Below are positions 7,872 to 16,747 of a stretch of 32,000 nucleotides of DNA, one piece after another; the stretch's first letter is position 1; each line of letters begins with the position of its first letter. The stretch comes from Desulfoscipio sp. XC116. Its GTDB lineage: Bacteria > Bacillota > Desulfotomaculia > Desulfotomaculales > Desulfallaceae. The position numbers were made by a program, and so were the translations under genes. The stretch spans positions 1,647,035 to 1,679,034 of the forward strand of contig NZ_CP156660.1 in NCBI RefSeq assembly GCF_039851975.1. Reading direction: 5' to 3'. Below the pieces are notes generated by a model. The model saw only the letters and a list, made by a program, of their open reading frames with translations. It was not told the DNA's origin and made no database searches.

Positions 7872-10800
7872 CTATAGCGCGTTTAACATGGCTACGAATT
7901 GTTGGTTGGTGCAGCCCTTGACGTTTATTGCTCCGCAACGGCAAGAAGACGAACAGGCGCCGCACCCTTTACACAGGGCTTCATTAACCACAGCTACTTT
8001 TTCCACCGGATCAACTTGCACGGCTTTGGCCGGACAAACTGCTTCACACTCGCCGCAGCCGGCGCACTTCTTAGTATTGACAAAAGCGCACTTGCCTTCC
8101 ACGGTAATAGTGCTTTTGGCCAGAATTGTACAGGCCCGTCCAACGGCGGCTTTGGCTTGGGCAATGTTTTCATCAATATTTTTGGGTCCGTGAGCCAGCC
8201 CGCACATGAAAACACCATCCGTGCTGAAGTCCACCGGACGCAGCTTCATATGTGCTTCCAGGAAGAAACCTTCCTGATTCAACGGAACCTTGAAGAATTT
8301 AGACAGCTGGGTATTGTCATTGGGCACAATAGCTGCCGCCAAACCGACTACATCAGCATCAATTGTCAAGGGTACGCGCAACACATGATCCATAACAGTA
8401 ACTTTTAACTTGTCGCCGTTAGCTTCAACCACAGGCTTATCATTGATTGAATAGCGGACGAAGATTACGCCCTTACGGCGAGCTTCGGTGTACATGTCTT
8501 CTTGGAAGCCATACGTCCTAATATCGCGATACAGAATGAAAACATTGGCAGTGGGATTTAATTCTTTGATTTTTAAAGCTTGTTTGATGGATTTGGTGCA
8601 GCAAATCCGACTGCAATAGGGACGTTCGCTATCCCGGGAACCAACACATTGTATAAGAACGAAGTTATTCGAGCCTGCAAGTTTACCGCCGGCCAAATCT
8701 TCTTCAAGTTCCAGCAGGGTTTTAACTTTATCATTTTGACCATAGAGATATTCATTGGGTTTGTACTCTTGAGCACCGGTAGCAATAATGGCCACACCAT
8801 GCTTAATTTCATCACCGGTGGATAATTTTGTTGCGTAGTTTCCTACAAAACCTTGAATATCAGCTACTTCAGTACCCGTATATACACTAATTAAATCGTT
8901 GGCGTTTATCTGGCTGGACAGGTCGGCCACAAATGCTTGTACATCATCGCCATTCATGCCGTACTTGATTCTGTTGGCAATACCGCCCAACTTGTCTGAT
9001 TTTTCCACCAGGCTGACCTTATAGCCTTGCTTGGCCATGCTTAATGCCGCGGTCATACCGGCAATACCGCCACCGATTATCAGAACGTCGTGGTTCATAT
9101 CTAGGGTTACCGCTTGAACCGGCTCTAACAACGCAGCTTTATAAATAGCCATTTTAACCAGGTCTTTAGCCTTGGCGGTAGCCTTTTCGGGTTCGCGCAT
9201 GTGCACCCAAGAGCACTGGTCACGAATATTGGCCATTTCAAAGAGGTTGGGGTTCAGGCCGGCTTCTTTTAATGTTTCCTGGAACAATGGTTCGTGTGTT
9301 CTCGGGCTGCATGAGGCAACGACCACACGGTTAAGATTGTGCTCATGAATTGCTTGCTTAATTAACATTGCCGTATCCTGTGAGCAGGTATACATGTTGT
9401 CATCTGCAAAGGCCACACCAGGTAATGTCTTAGCGTATTCAACAACTTCGGGTACATTAACAATACCACCAATGTTGATACCGCAGTGGCAAATAAACAC
9501 ACCTGTACGTACAGGTTCGCCGCTGACATCTTTCTGCGGCGGGTATTCTTTTGTTTTTACCAGCGTACCTCTGACATCCGCCAATAATGAACCGCAATCA
9601 CTGGCAGCAGCGCTGGCCTGCATTACAGTTTCGGGAATATCTCTCGGGCCGCTGAATGCACCGGCTACAAATACGCCCGGCTTGCTGGTGCCAACACCTG
9701 TGAGATTCAAGGGTTCGGCAAAGTTATATTTGTTAAGGCTAATACCTACTTCACCGGCAAGTTTAACCATGTCTTGAGGTGGATTCATGCCAATGGACAG
9801 TACAACCAGATCGAAATCCTCTTCTTGAATTGTGCCGTCTTCGAAGGTATAGCGGATCTTGACGTTGCCGGTGCCATCGTTGGCATCAACCAATTCGTAT
9901 ACCCTGGAACGTATAAACCTCACACCCTGCTCATTTTGAGCCCGTTCGTAATATTTTTCAAAATCTTTACCGTAAGTTCTCATATCCATATAGAATATGG
10001 CGGCTTCCAATGGGTATGGAGCATGCTCTTTAGCAATGACCGCTTCTTTTATGGCGTACATACAGCAAACCGATGAGCAGTAGCCTTTGCCGATTTTGCA
10101 GTTGCGCGAGCCGGCGCATTGAATCCAGGCGATCTTTTTCGGTTCCTTATGGTCGGAAGGACGCATTAAGTGGCCGCCGAACGGACCGGATGCGCTTAAT
10201 ATACGTTCAAATTCAAGGCTGCTCACTACATTAGGCAGTTTTCCATAGCCATAATAATGCAGCTCGGATGAGTCAAACTTTTCAAATCCGGGACATAGCA
10301 GTACTGCGCCGACTTCAATTTCAAACTCTTCCGCCTGCATATTGTGGTTAATGGCATGCGCCAGGCAGGCTTTCTCACACTGCAGGCACTCTGAGCAAAC
10401 ACCGCAATTGAGACAGCGCTCAGCTTCTTTCTTAGCTTGTTCCAATGTATAGCCGTTGGATACCTCAACAAAGGAGCTGACTCTGTCGGTTATTTCCGCA
10501 TGCGAGATATGATCCGGCTTTTTAGTGGGTATACTTTCATTCTCAAATCTGAATGGTACAATATCTTCCTCTGGGACTTTAAACTGCCTGTCGGCTTTTA
10601 AATCGTTTCCTCCCAGATATAAGACAATTGAATCGGAGGCAACTTTACCGGCTGCTATAGCTTCAACAACCGTTTTGGGACCGGTTACGGCATCGCCGCC
10701 GGCAAAAACGCCGGGCATATCTGTAGCCAATGTTTCAGGGTCGGCTGCCAGTGTGTTGCCTCTTCCTTTACCAATGCCGGTATTCTCTACCGCCTGTGCG

Positions 10801-12293
10801 TCAGGTCGTTGTCCAACAGCTAAAATGACTGTATCAATATCCATTGTGTATTCACTGCCGGATACTGCTACAGGTCTTCTTCTGCCGCTGCTGTCGGGCT
10901 CACCCAATTCATTTTGCAAGCATTCAACTTGGGTTAACTTGCCGTCCTCACCAATAAAGGTTTTGGGACTGGTAAGCATGGTAAATATTATGCCTTCTTC
11001 TTTGGCTTCAGCAATTTCTTCCGGTAAAGCGGTAATCTCGGCTTCGGTTCTGCGGTATACAATGCTTACTGATTCCGCGCCTAAACGTACAGCTGTCCTG
11101 GCACAGTCCATGGCTGTATTACCGCCGCCGATTACAGCAACTCTCTTGCCAATTTTAACTTTTTCGCCAAGAGCATTTTGCCTTAAAAATTCAACGCCGT
11201 GAATTACTCCTCCCAGATCCTCACCGGGAATTCCCAGCAACGTTCCCTTGTGAGCTCCAATGGCGACAAATACTGCTGAGAAACCGTCATCCATGAGACC
11301 TTGAACGGTGATGTCTTTACCCAAGCGGGTATTGTAGACAATTTTAATACCTAATTTCTCAAAAAGTCCAAATTCAATGTCCAACCATTTTTTAGGCAAT
11401 CTGTATTCCGGGATACCGACACGCATCATACCGCCACCAACCGGCAGTGCTTCGTATACAGTTACGCCATAACCTTTTTTGGCCAATTGATAAGCGCAGG
11501 ACATACCTGCCGGACCGGCGCCGATGACAGCAATTTTTTGCTCTTTTTGCTCTTCCACTTGGGGCAGCGGTAAATTGTCCAAACTGTTGTAAGCATAGTC
11601 CGAGGCAACTCTCTTAAGCTGCATAATGTTGATTGGTTCGTCAATTGTTGCCCGGTGGCATTTGGACTGGCACGGGTGGGTACAGACCCTACCGCATGCG
11701 GCCGGGAAAGGATTGTCCCGATAGATCAATTCCCAGGCTTCAGTAAATTTACCCAGCTTGATCAACTGCACATAACCTTGCGCGTTCACTCCTGCAGGAC
11801 ATGCAGCGCGGCAAGGCGGGGTGCCGACCTTATCAATTACGTAAGCGTTGGGAAAAGCCTGTGCGTAATGCTTGTAGATTGCTTTGCGAGATTCCAATCC
11901 CTGGTTAAATTCACTTTTTACTTCAACAGGACATGCATTTGCGCATTCGCCACAACCAGTACATTTGTCTAATTCAACGTAACGCGGACGCTGTTTAATC
12001 TTAACCTTAAAATTACCAGGTTCACCTTGAATATCTGCTACTTCAGCGTAAGTGTGCGTCTCTACATTTAAGTGACGCCCGCATTCTACCAGTTTGGGCG
12101 ATAAGATGCACATGGAACAGTCGTTGGTAGGGAAGGTTTTGTCCAGCATTGGCATGACGCCGCCAATGGCAGGCTCTTTTTCAACTAAATGCACGTAATA
12201 ACCTGATTCAGCCAGGTCAAGCGAGGCTTGAATACCGGCTATGCCCGAACCAACCACTAATACTGCTCCGGCTTTATCGGGTTTGGTAGTCAT
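7872..12293 (-). CDS. hdrA: Giant HdrA-like flavo-Fe-S protein: HdrA body with an inserted GltD/NfnB-like NAD(P)H module, fused to a second complete HdrA (HdrL-type)
   Basis: Uninterrupted 1473 codons with four dinucleotide-binding motifs ([32 protein letters not shown]). HdrA signatures occur twice ([21 protein letters not shown] and [21 protein letters not shown]). Also present are [12 protein letters not shown] and several CxxCxxCxxxCP motifs. Confidence 0.9.
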   Translation of the reverse strand: MTTKPDKAGAVLVVGSGIAGIQASLDLAESGYYVHLVEKEPAIGGVMPMLDKTFPTNDCSMCILSPKLVECGRHLNVETHTYAEVADIQGEPGNFKVKIKQRPRYVELDKCTGCGECANACPVEVKSEFNQGLESRKAIYKHYAQAFPNAYVIDKVGTPPCRAACPAGVNAQGYVQLIKLGKFTEAWELIYRDNPFPAACGRVCTHPCQSKCHRATIDEPINIMQLKRVASDYAYNSLDNLPLPQVEEQKEQKIAVIGAGPAGMSCAYQLAKKGYGVTVYEALPVGGGMMRVGIPEYRLPKKWLDIEFGLFEKLGIKIVYNTRLGKDITVQGLMDDGFSAVFVAIGAHKGTLLGIPGEDLGGVIHGVEFLRQNALGEKVKIGKRVAVIGGGNTAMDCARTAVRLGAESVSIVYRRTEAEITALPEEIAEAKEEGIIFTMLTSPKTFIGEDGKLTQVECLQNELGEPDSSGRRRPVAVSGSEYTMDIDTVILAVGQRPDAQAVENTGIGKGRGNTLAADPETLATDMPGVFAGGDAVTGPKTVVEAIAAGKVASDSIVLYLGGNDLKADRQFKVPEEDIVPFRFENESIPTKKPDHISHAEITDRVSSFVEVSNGYTLEQAKKEAERCLNCGVCSECLQCEKACLAHAINHNMQAEEFEIEVGAVLLCPGFEKFDSSELHYYGYGKLPNVVSSLEFERILSASGPFGGHLMRPSDHKEPKKIAWIQCAGSRNCKIGKGYCSSVCCMYAIKEAVIAKEHAPYPLEAAIFYMDMRTYGKDFEKYYERAQNEQGVRFIRSRVYELVDANDGTGNVKIRYTFEDGTIQEEDFDLVVLSIGMNPPQDMVKLAGEVGISLNKYNFAEPLNLTGVGTSKPGVFVAGAFSGPRDIPETVMQASAAASDCGSLLADVRGTLVKTKEYPPQKDVSGEPVRTGVFICHCGINIGGIVNVPEVVEYAKTLPGVAFADDNMYTCSQDTAMLIKQAIHEHNLNRVVVASCSPRTHEPLFQETLKEAGLNPNLFEMANIRDQCSWVHMREPEKATAKAKDLVKMAIYKAALLEPVQAVTLDMNHDVLIIGGGIAGMTAALSMAKQGYKVSLVEKSDKLGGIANRIKYGMNGDDVQAFVADLSSQINANDLISVYTGTEVADIQGFVGNYATKLSTGDEIKHGVAIIATGAQEYKPNEYLYGQNDKVKTLLELEEDLAGGKLAGSNNFVLIQCVGSRDSERPYCSRICCTKSIKQALKIKELNPTANVFILYRDIRTYGFQEDMYTEARRKGVIFVRYSINDKPVVEANGDKLKVTVMDHVLRVPLTIDADVVGLAAAIVPNDNTQLSKFFKVPLNQEGFFLEAHMKLRPVDFSTDGVFMCGLAHGPKNIDENIAQAKAAVGRACTILAKSTITVEGKCAFVNTKKCAGCGECEAVCPAKAVQVDPVEKVAVVNEALCKGCGACSSSCRCGAINVKGCTNQQFVAMLNAL

Positions 12294-12482
12294 CTTTGCA
12301 TCACACCCATCCTCCTAGTTTCGGCTTTTGGTTAGGTTAAATACCATCACCCACAGGGACAGGAAGTTATTCCCTTGCTATTGAGGCGCTTTGTGAATGG
12401 CATACCTTTTTATGATAATTTCTACATAGTTTCATTAATTCCTTTAAATGAACGCCTCAAATATCAAAAATTAAACATTGTA

Positions 12483-12533
12483 ACAAAAAACTTATCGTAA
12501 CAAGGCAACCACTAATAGTAGCCTTGTTACGAT
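12483..12533 (-). terminator. Rho-independent terminator after acsE
   Basis: Minus-strand RNA: AUCGUAACAAGGC-(14 nt)-GCCUUGUUACGAU, a perfect 13-bp stem, followed by AAGUUUUUUGUU. It begins 25 nt after the acsE stop. Confidence 0.8.
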
Positions 12534-12558
12534 ATGATTAATTCATGGTATAAATATA

Positions 12559-13353
12559 CTAACGCTGTCTAAATGTTTTCAGGTAAGAATCACAATAGAT
12601 ATCTTGGTTCAGTAATAATTTGGCTGATGCAACGGCATCCAATAACTCATCGTCATCCACATCGGCAATGGCTGAGTCAAGACCATTGGCCATGCTCATG
12701 ATGAGGAAGGTGCGGTTGATCAGATGGCGGTTGGTGCAGCGCTGGGATGCGTTGCTCAGTCCCATGGTGGTGCGGGGTGCCGGGTCAGCCAAAGTCTTAA
12801 TCTGCCTTAATGTTTCCAGCACTTCCACGCCGTGCTCCTGGGCTACGTTGCAGGGCAGCATTAGCGGGTCGATGTACAAATCTTCCATGGGTATACCGTT
12901 CATGTCGCAGTTAACAACTATCTCCATAGCCAGGGCTACCCGGTCGGCAGCGCTTTTAGGCACGCCCTTTTCGTTCATGGCTAAACCGATAATAGCTGCG
13001 TTGTATTTAGCGGCCATAGGAATATAAATATCCATTTTCCATTGGTCCGCAGTCGTTGAATTAATCATGGCTTTGCCCTGGTGTACTTTTAGGCCTGCTT
13101 CAATAGCATCGGGGTTGGTGGAATCAATGCAGCACGGCAGGGGAGCAGCTTCCTGGGCGATTTTTACCAGCCACTCCATGACGGCGGGCTGATCTTCTTT
13201 TTCCACAGTCGGTCCGGTGTTGATATCAAGATAGGTAGCGCACTTTTCATACTGGCGTTTGGCCCAGTAATGGACAGACTCAGGATTTTTGTTCTGGATA
13301 GCTTCCTGGATATCCTTGAACATGCCATTGATCCGTTCACCAATAAGGATCAT
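12559..13353 (-). CDS. acsE: Methyltetrahydrofolate:corrinoid/Fe-S protein methyltransferase AcsE
   Basis: 264 aa starting MILIGERING, with a pterin-binding TIM-barrel pattern. AAGGAGG RBS. It occupies the last position in the acs gene order. Confidence 0.93.
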   Translation of the reverse strand: MILIGERINGMFKDIQEAIQNKNPESVHYWAKRQYEKCATYLDINTGPTVEKEDQPAVMEWLVKIAQEAAPLPCCIDSTNPDAIEAGLKVHQGKAMINSTTADQWKMDIYIPMAAKYNAAIIGLAMNEKGVPKSAADRVALAMEIVVNCDMNGIPMEDLYIDPLMLPCNVAQEHGVEVLETLRQIKTLADPAPRTTMGLSNASQRCTNRHLINRTFLIMSMANGLDSAIADVDDDELLDAVASAKLLLNQDIYCDSYLKTFRQR

Positions 13354-13374
13354 ATTCTAACCTCCTTTTAAATA

Positions 13375-14322
13375 TTAATAAACATTGCTCTCCATCATTT
13401 TATCTATATGAACTTTGACTTGCTTTACTGTTTCAGGGTGGCGCAGTACAAATACTGATCCACCGGCTTGAGCAAATGTAGTGGTGGTGAGAACTTCCCA
13501 CAGGAGGGCCCGACGATCCTGGGCGCCCCATTCCGGCGATTCATCGTCCGGACTCTTGGCTTCCTTGGCTTTCCAGGCTTCCTGACCAACGAAGCAGATT
13601 ACCGGCATGGCCAACATTTTGTCGCCCATCAGAGCACCCATTCTGGATCTTTCCATAATGGAGTAGGCATATTCAATACCGTATCCCAGCGCTCCTACCA
13701 GCGGGTCGATGGCAATCCGGCTGGCCGGGAGATTCATTTCGGTCATTAAAATGTTAAGCTGCTTGGCCAGGTTAATATCCAGCGGGCTGGAAGCTATCAC
13801 ACTGTGACCGTTGACCATAGCGGTTGCTGTAAGGGTTTTATAGTTTTTCTCAGTGGCGCAGCCAATCAGGCAGTTTTTGCCATTCAGTGCCTCGCCTACT
13901 TTTTCCAGCACTTCGGCGTCTTTTTCTTCTACACCGCAGCCGACAAGAATCAAAGGCACGTTTACAGCTTCGGCCACTGCTTTAGCTGTGGCGGCGCACT
14001 CTTCCGGAGAAGCATCTTTATAATCAGGATGCGCGCTCATAAAACGCAGGGCAACAGCGTCTGCACCGTATGCAACGTTCTTTTTAGCCCAGGCCACGGG
14101 GTCGGCCAATACACCATCAAAAGGTGCCTTTAAGATTTCCGGCCAATCTACCGGTTCTAAATCCCATACTTCAAGTGCCAGGATAGGTTTATTGGGTATA
14201 GCCCCTTCAAATTGCAGAAATGGCAGTGTACTTTCTCCGCCGACTTTTACGGAAGAGTCGGCACCCAGCACCATTTCGCCCACTTTGCTAGTCCATTTTT
14301 CTTTAGCTATAGTAACAGCCAT
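13375..14322 (-). CDS. acsD: Corrinoid/Fe-S protein small subunit AcsD
   Basis: 315 aa (MAVTIAKEKWTSKVGEMVLG...STLPFLQFEG). It lies between the cooC-type gene and acsE. AAAGGAG RBS. Confidence 0.92.
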   Translation of the reverse strand: MAVTIAKEKWTSKVGEMVLGADSSVKVGGESTLPFLQFEGAIPNKPILALEVWDLEPVDWPEILKAPFDGVLADPVAWAKKNVAYGADAVALRFMSAHPDYKDASPEECAATAKAVAEAVNVPLILVGCGVEEKDAEVLEKVGEALNGKNCLIGCATEKNYKTLTATAMVNGHSVIASSPLDINLAKQLNILMTEMNLPASRIAIDPLVGALGYGIEYAYSIMERSRMGALMGDKMLAMPVICFVGQEAWKAKEAKSPDDESPEWGAQDRRALLWEVLTTTTFAQAGGSVFVLRHPETVKQVKVHIDKMMESNVY

Positions 14323-14366
14323 TGGTTCCGCTCCTTTCTGCGTTAAAAAAGCATAATTTTGCGGTG

Positions 14367-15125
14367 TTACAGTATGGCGGCTTTTTTCAGTATATCGTCA
14401 ACAACCGCCACAACCGGTGAATCATCGGGCAAATCTATCAGAGGTTTGCTTAACAGGTCAAATTCCATGACTTGTTCATCCAAAGGCATGGTAGCGATTA
14501 ACTCCAGGCCGGTTTTTTCAATTTCTGATTTGAGTGCATCAAAATTACTTATATTTACCCGTGATACCACCAAGTACATTTTTTTAATGTCCAGCTTTAA
14601 ATTATCTACTAATTCCTTAACCCTGCCGGCCGATCGAATACCCCGAGCGGAAGAATCACTGGTAATGAACAAAACATCAATATTTTGAGTAGTACGCCTG
14701 CTTAAATGTTCCATACCGGCCTCATTGTCCATTACCATATACGGGTAATTATTGCTCAGCTCGGCTACAAATCCGCGCAGCAAATTGTTGGCATAACAAT
14801 AACAACCTGCTCCTTCCGGACCGCCCATAACCAGCAAGTCCACATCATCACCCTCGGAAAGCGATTGATGTACTTTATAGGCTACGAATTGGTCTTTGGT
14901 CATGCCTGCCGGCAGGGGCTCCAGGTTATTATTGATACGTACCATTATATCGGCAATGGAGCCCTCAATTTCCATGCCCAGCGCCTCGTTTAAATTGGCG
15001 TTGGCATCGGCGTCCACTGCAAATACCGGTTTCTTACCGGATTTAATTAATTGTCGGATAATAAGAGAGCATAATGTGGTTTTACCTGTACCACCTTTCC
15101 CGGCCACTGCTATGTTAAATGACAT
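14367..15125 (-). CDS. cooC: CooC/AcsF-type Ni-insertion ATPase
   Basis: Deviant Walker A AVAGKGGTGKTT in a MinD/ParA-like fold. I prefer the ATG at 15125 (AGGAGG 9 nt upstream) over the track start at 15134. Confidence 0.88.
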   Translation of the reverse strand: MSFNIAVAGKGGTGKTTLCSLIIRQLIKSGKKPVFAVDADANANLNEALGMEIEGSIADIMVRINNNLEPLPAGMTKDQFVAYKVHQSLSEGDDVDLLVMGGPEGAGCYCYANNLLRGFVAELSNNYPYMVMDNEAGMEHLSRRTTQNIDVLFITSDSSARGIRSAGRVKELVDNLKLDIKKMYLVVSRVNISNFDALKSEIEKTGLELIATMPLDEQVMEFDLLSKPLIDLPDDSPVVAVVDDILKKAAIL

Positions 15126-15231
15126 GATGTGCATCCTCCTTTTTTGGTATATAAGTTATTATAACTCATTACAGGATGGTCATTGGCCACACCGCTCAAC
15201 AAAAAAATTGCACTAACCGCATTAATGTTTA

Positions 15232-16554
15232 TTAAGCATTCCAGCGTTGCTTAATGAAGGAAGGAATACCGGCGGATTCCCGCGGGCCAACCAGCACTTC
15301 CCAGCCGCTGAGTTCCTGAAGCTTACCGCTTAATACAGCTACACCGCCGGGAATGATAATTTTCTTATGGGAGACTTTATCGGCAATGCCGCAGGAATTT
15401 AACATATCCGTAATTTTCTCAGGTGTAAATTTACCAGCGGCCCAGCCGGTTAATACAGATATACCGTCGGTGTCCACCGGCATGATGTAAGCGGGAATAC
15501 GTCCGGCTTCCACGTCGCCCTGTACACAGAAGTAGGTTAATGAGAAGTTGGTGGTTACAAATACCGGAGCATCCGGACCGGGTGTACCTACTTCATAAAG
15601 CTTGGACTCCACGGCAATCGGTTTTTGCGGGTCGGTGTAAATGTTCAGACGCAGAGTAATCAGCGGCAGCACGTCGGCGGGATCGGCGGTGTTAAGAACC
15701 ACGATACCGGCGTACTTGGCAATGTATACACCTGCGTCAACAATGGCCTGGATAGGATCCGGGTTATCCGCAAAAGTAATGGTGGGATAACCAAAGGGGC
15801 GGAACTTTTTCAGTGCCTGCCGGCGAATCTGGGTTTGGTCGGCCAGCACTTTATTTACTTCCCGGGCACCGGAATCAAGGATAAGTTTCTTGTAGCCGGC
15901 TTTTTCCACAAGCGCAGCCAGCTCGTTCAGGTCGGCGCCTTTCACAACCAGCGGGGCGTCATATTTTTTCGCCAGGGCAAGCATAGCATCAAAATTAGCA
16001 GCGTTGGCGCCGCAAATAAGCGGTGCATTGGCACCGGCAACTTCCAATGCTTTTTCCATGGCGGCCGCGTCTTCACTGATCAGCATCAATGCGAAATCAG
16101 CGTTATCCTGAACCGTTTTAACTGCTTCAGCAAACTTGGCGGCATCGCCGGAGGCGTTACTTACAGCTACCAGGTTAACTTTGTGAATTTGACCCACGCG
16201 GTCAAAGACCAGCTTGTTAATAGCCTGAACTTTATCGGCAATATCGCTGTCATTGTCATTAACAGTGATGGCAATGCCCGTGGGATGCTCAAAACGTTTG
16301 TCATGACGGAAGAGCACGGTTTCGTTGCCCAGCTCAATTTCTTTTTCACCTTTGCCTATTTTAACTAATGCAACCGGGGGTGCCGATGCGGAATCGAGGG
16401 CTTCCTTAGCGGCATCACTAACGTGCGGGCATTTGTCCAAGCTGGCTTTGCCACTGGCCAGTTGCATGGCAAAGGCCAAGCAAGTCGGCTGTCCACAATC
16501 TTTACAATTTGTTTTTGGTAGTTGTTTAAAAATCTCTAAACCTGTTAAACCCAT
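15232..16554 (-). CDS. acsC: Corrinoid/Fe-S protein large subunit AcsC
   Basis: 440 aa with the N-terminal [4Fe-4S] motif NCKDCGQPTCLAFAMQLASGKASLDKCPH. AAAGGAG RBS. Confidence 0.93.
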   Translation of the reverse strand: MGLTGLEIFKQLPKTNCKDCGQPTCLAFAMQLASGKASLDKCPHVSDAAKEALDSASAPPVALVKIGKGEKEIELGNETVLFRHDKRFEHPTGIAITVNDNDSDIADKVQAINKLVFDRVGQIHKVNLVAVSNASGDAAKFAEAVKTVQDNADFALMLISEDAAAMEKALEVAGANAPLICGANAANFDAMLALAKKYDAPLVVKGADLNELAALVEKAGYKKLILDSGAREVNKVLADQTQIRRQALKKFRPFGYPTITFADNPDPIQAIVDAGVYIAKYAGIVVLNTADPADVLPLITLRLNIYTDPQKPIAVESKLYEVGTPGPDAPVFVTTNFSLTYFCVQGDVEAGRIPAYIMPVDTDGISVLTGWAAGKFTPEKITDMLNSCGIADKVSHKKIIIPGGVAVLSGKLQELSGWEVLVGPRESAGIPSFIKQRWNA

Positions 16555-16636
16555 TACTCCAAACTCCTTTCTCGATAATCGCTTGTCATATATGCGGCCA
16601 CATATGCGGAGCTTAGTTGGAGACAGACCCTATATT

Positions 16637-16666
16637 GGGGACATAGCTCATAAGAGATATGTCCCC
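16637..16666. repeat. GGGGACAT...ATGTCCCC palindromic hairpin element (copy 1) in the acsB-acsC spacer
   Basis: GGGGACATA-(12 nt)-TATGTCCCC, a perfect 9-bp stem. It shares its termini and flanks with the hairpin at 24664..24694. Confidence 0.5.
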
Positions 16667-16747
16667 TTTACGTTGTTGGGTGGCGTGTCTCCTTCTGTCT
16701 TGTTCCGTCATTAGCGTGCCGGAAACTCGAAAGGAAATACTATGCTG

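Noticed and set aside
12390-12407. Possible Rex box upstream of hdrL (TTGTGAA at 12390..12396)
   Set aside because: Only the left half-site matches. The expected TTCACAA partner 4 nt (or 6 nt) away reads ATACCTT, so this is kept as a half-site only.
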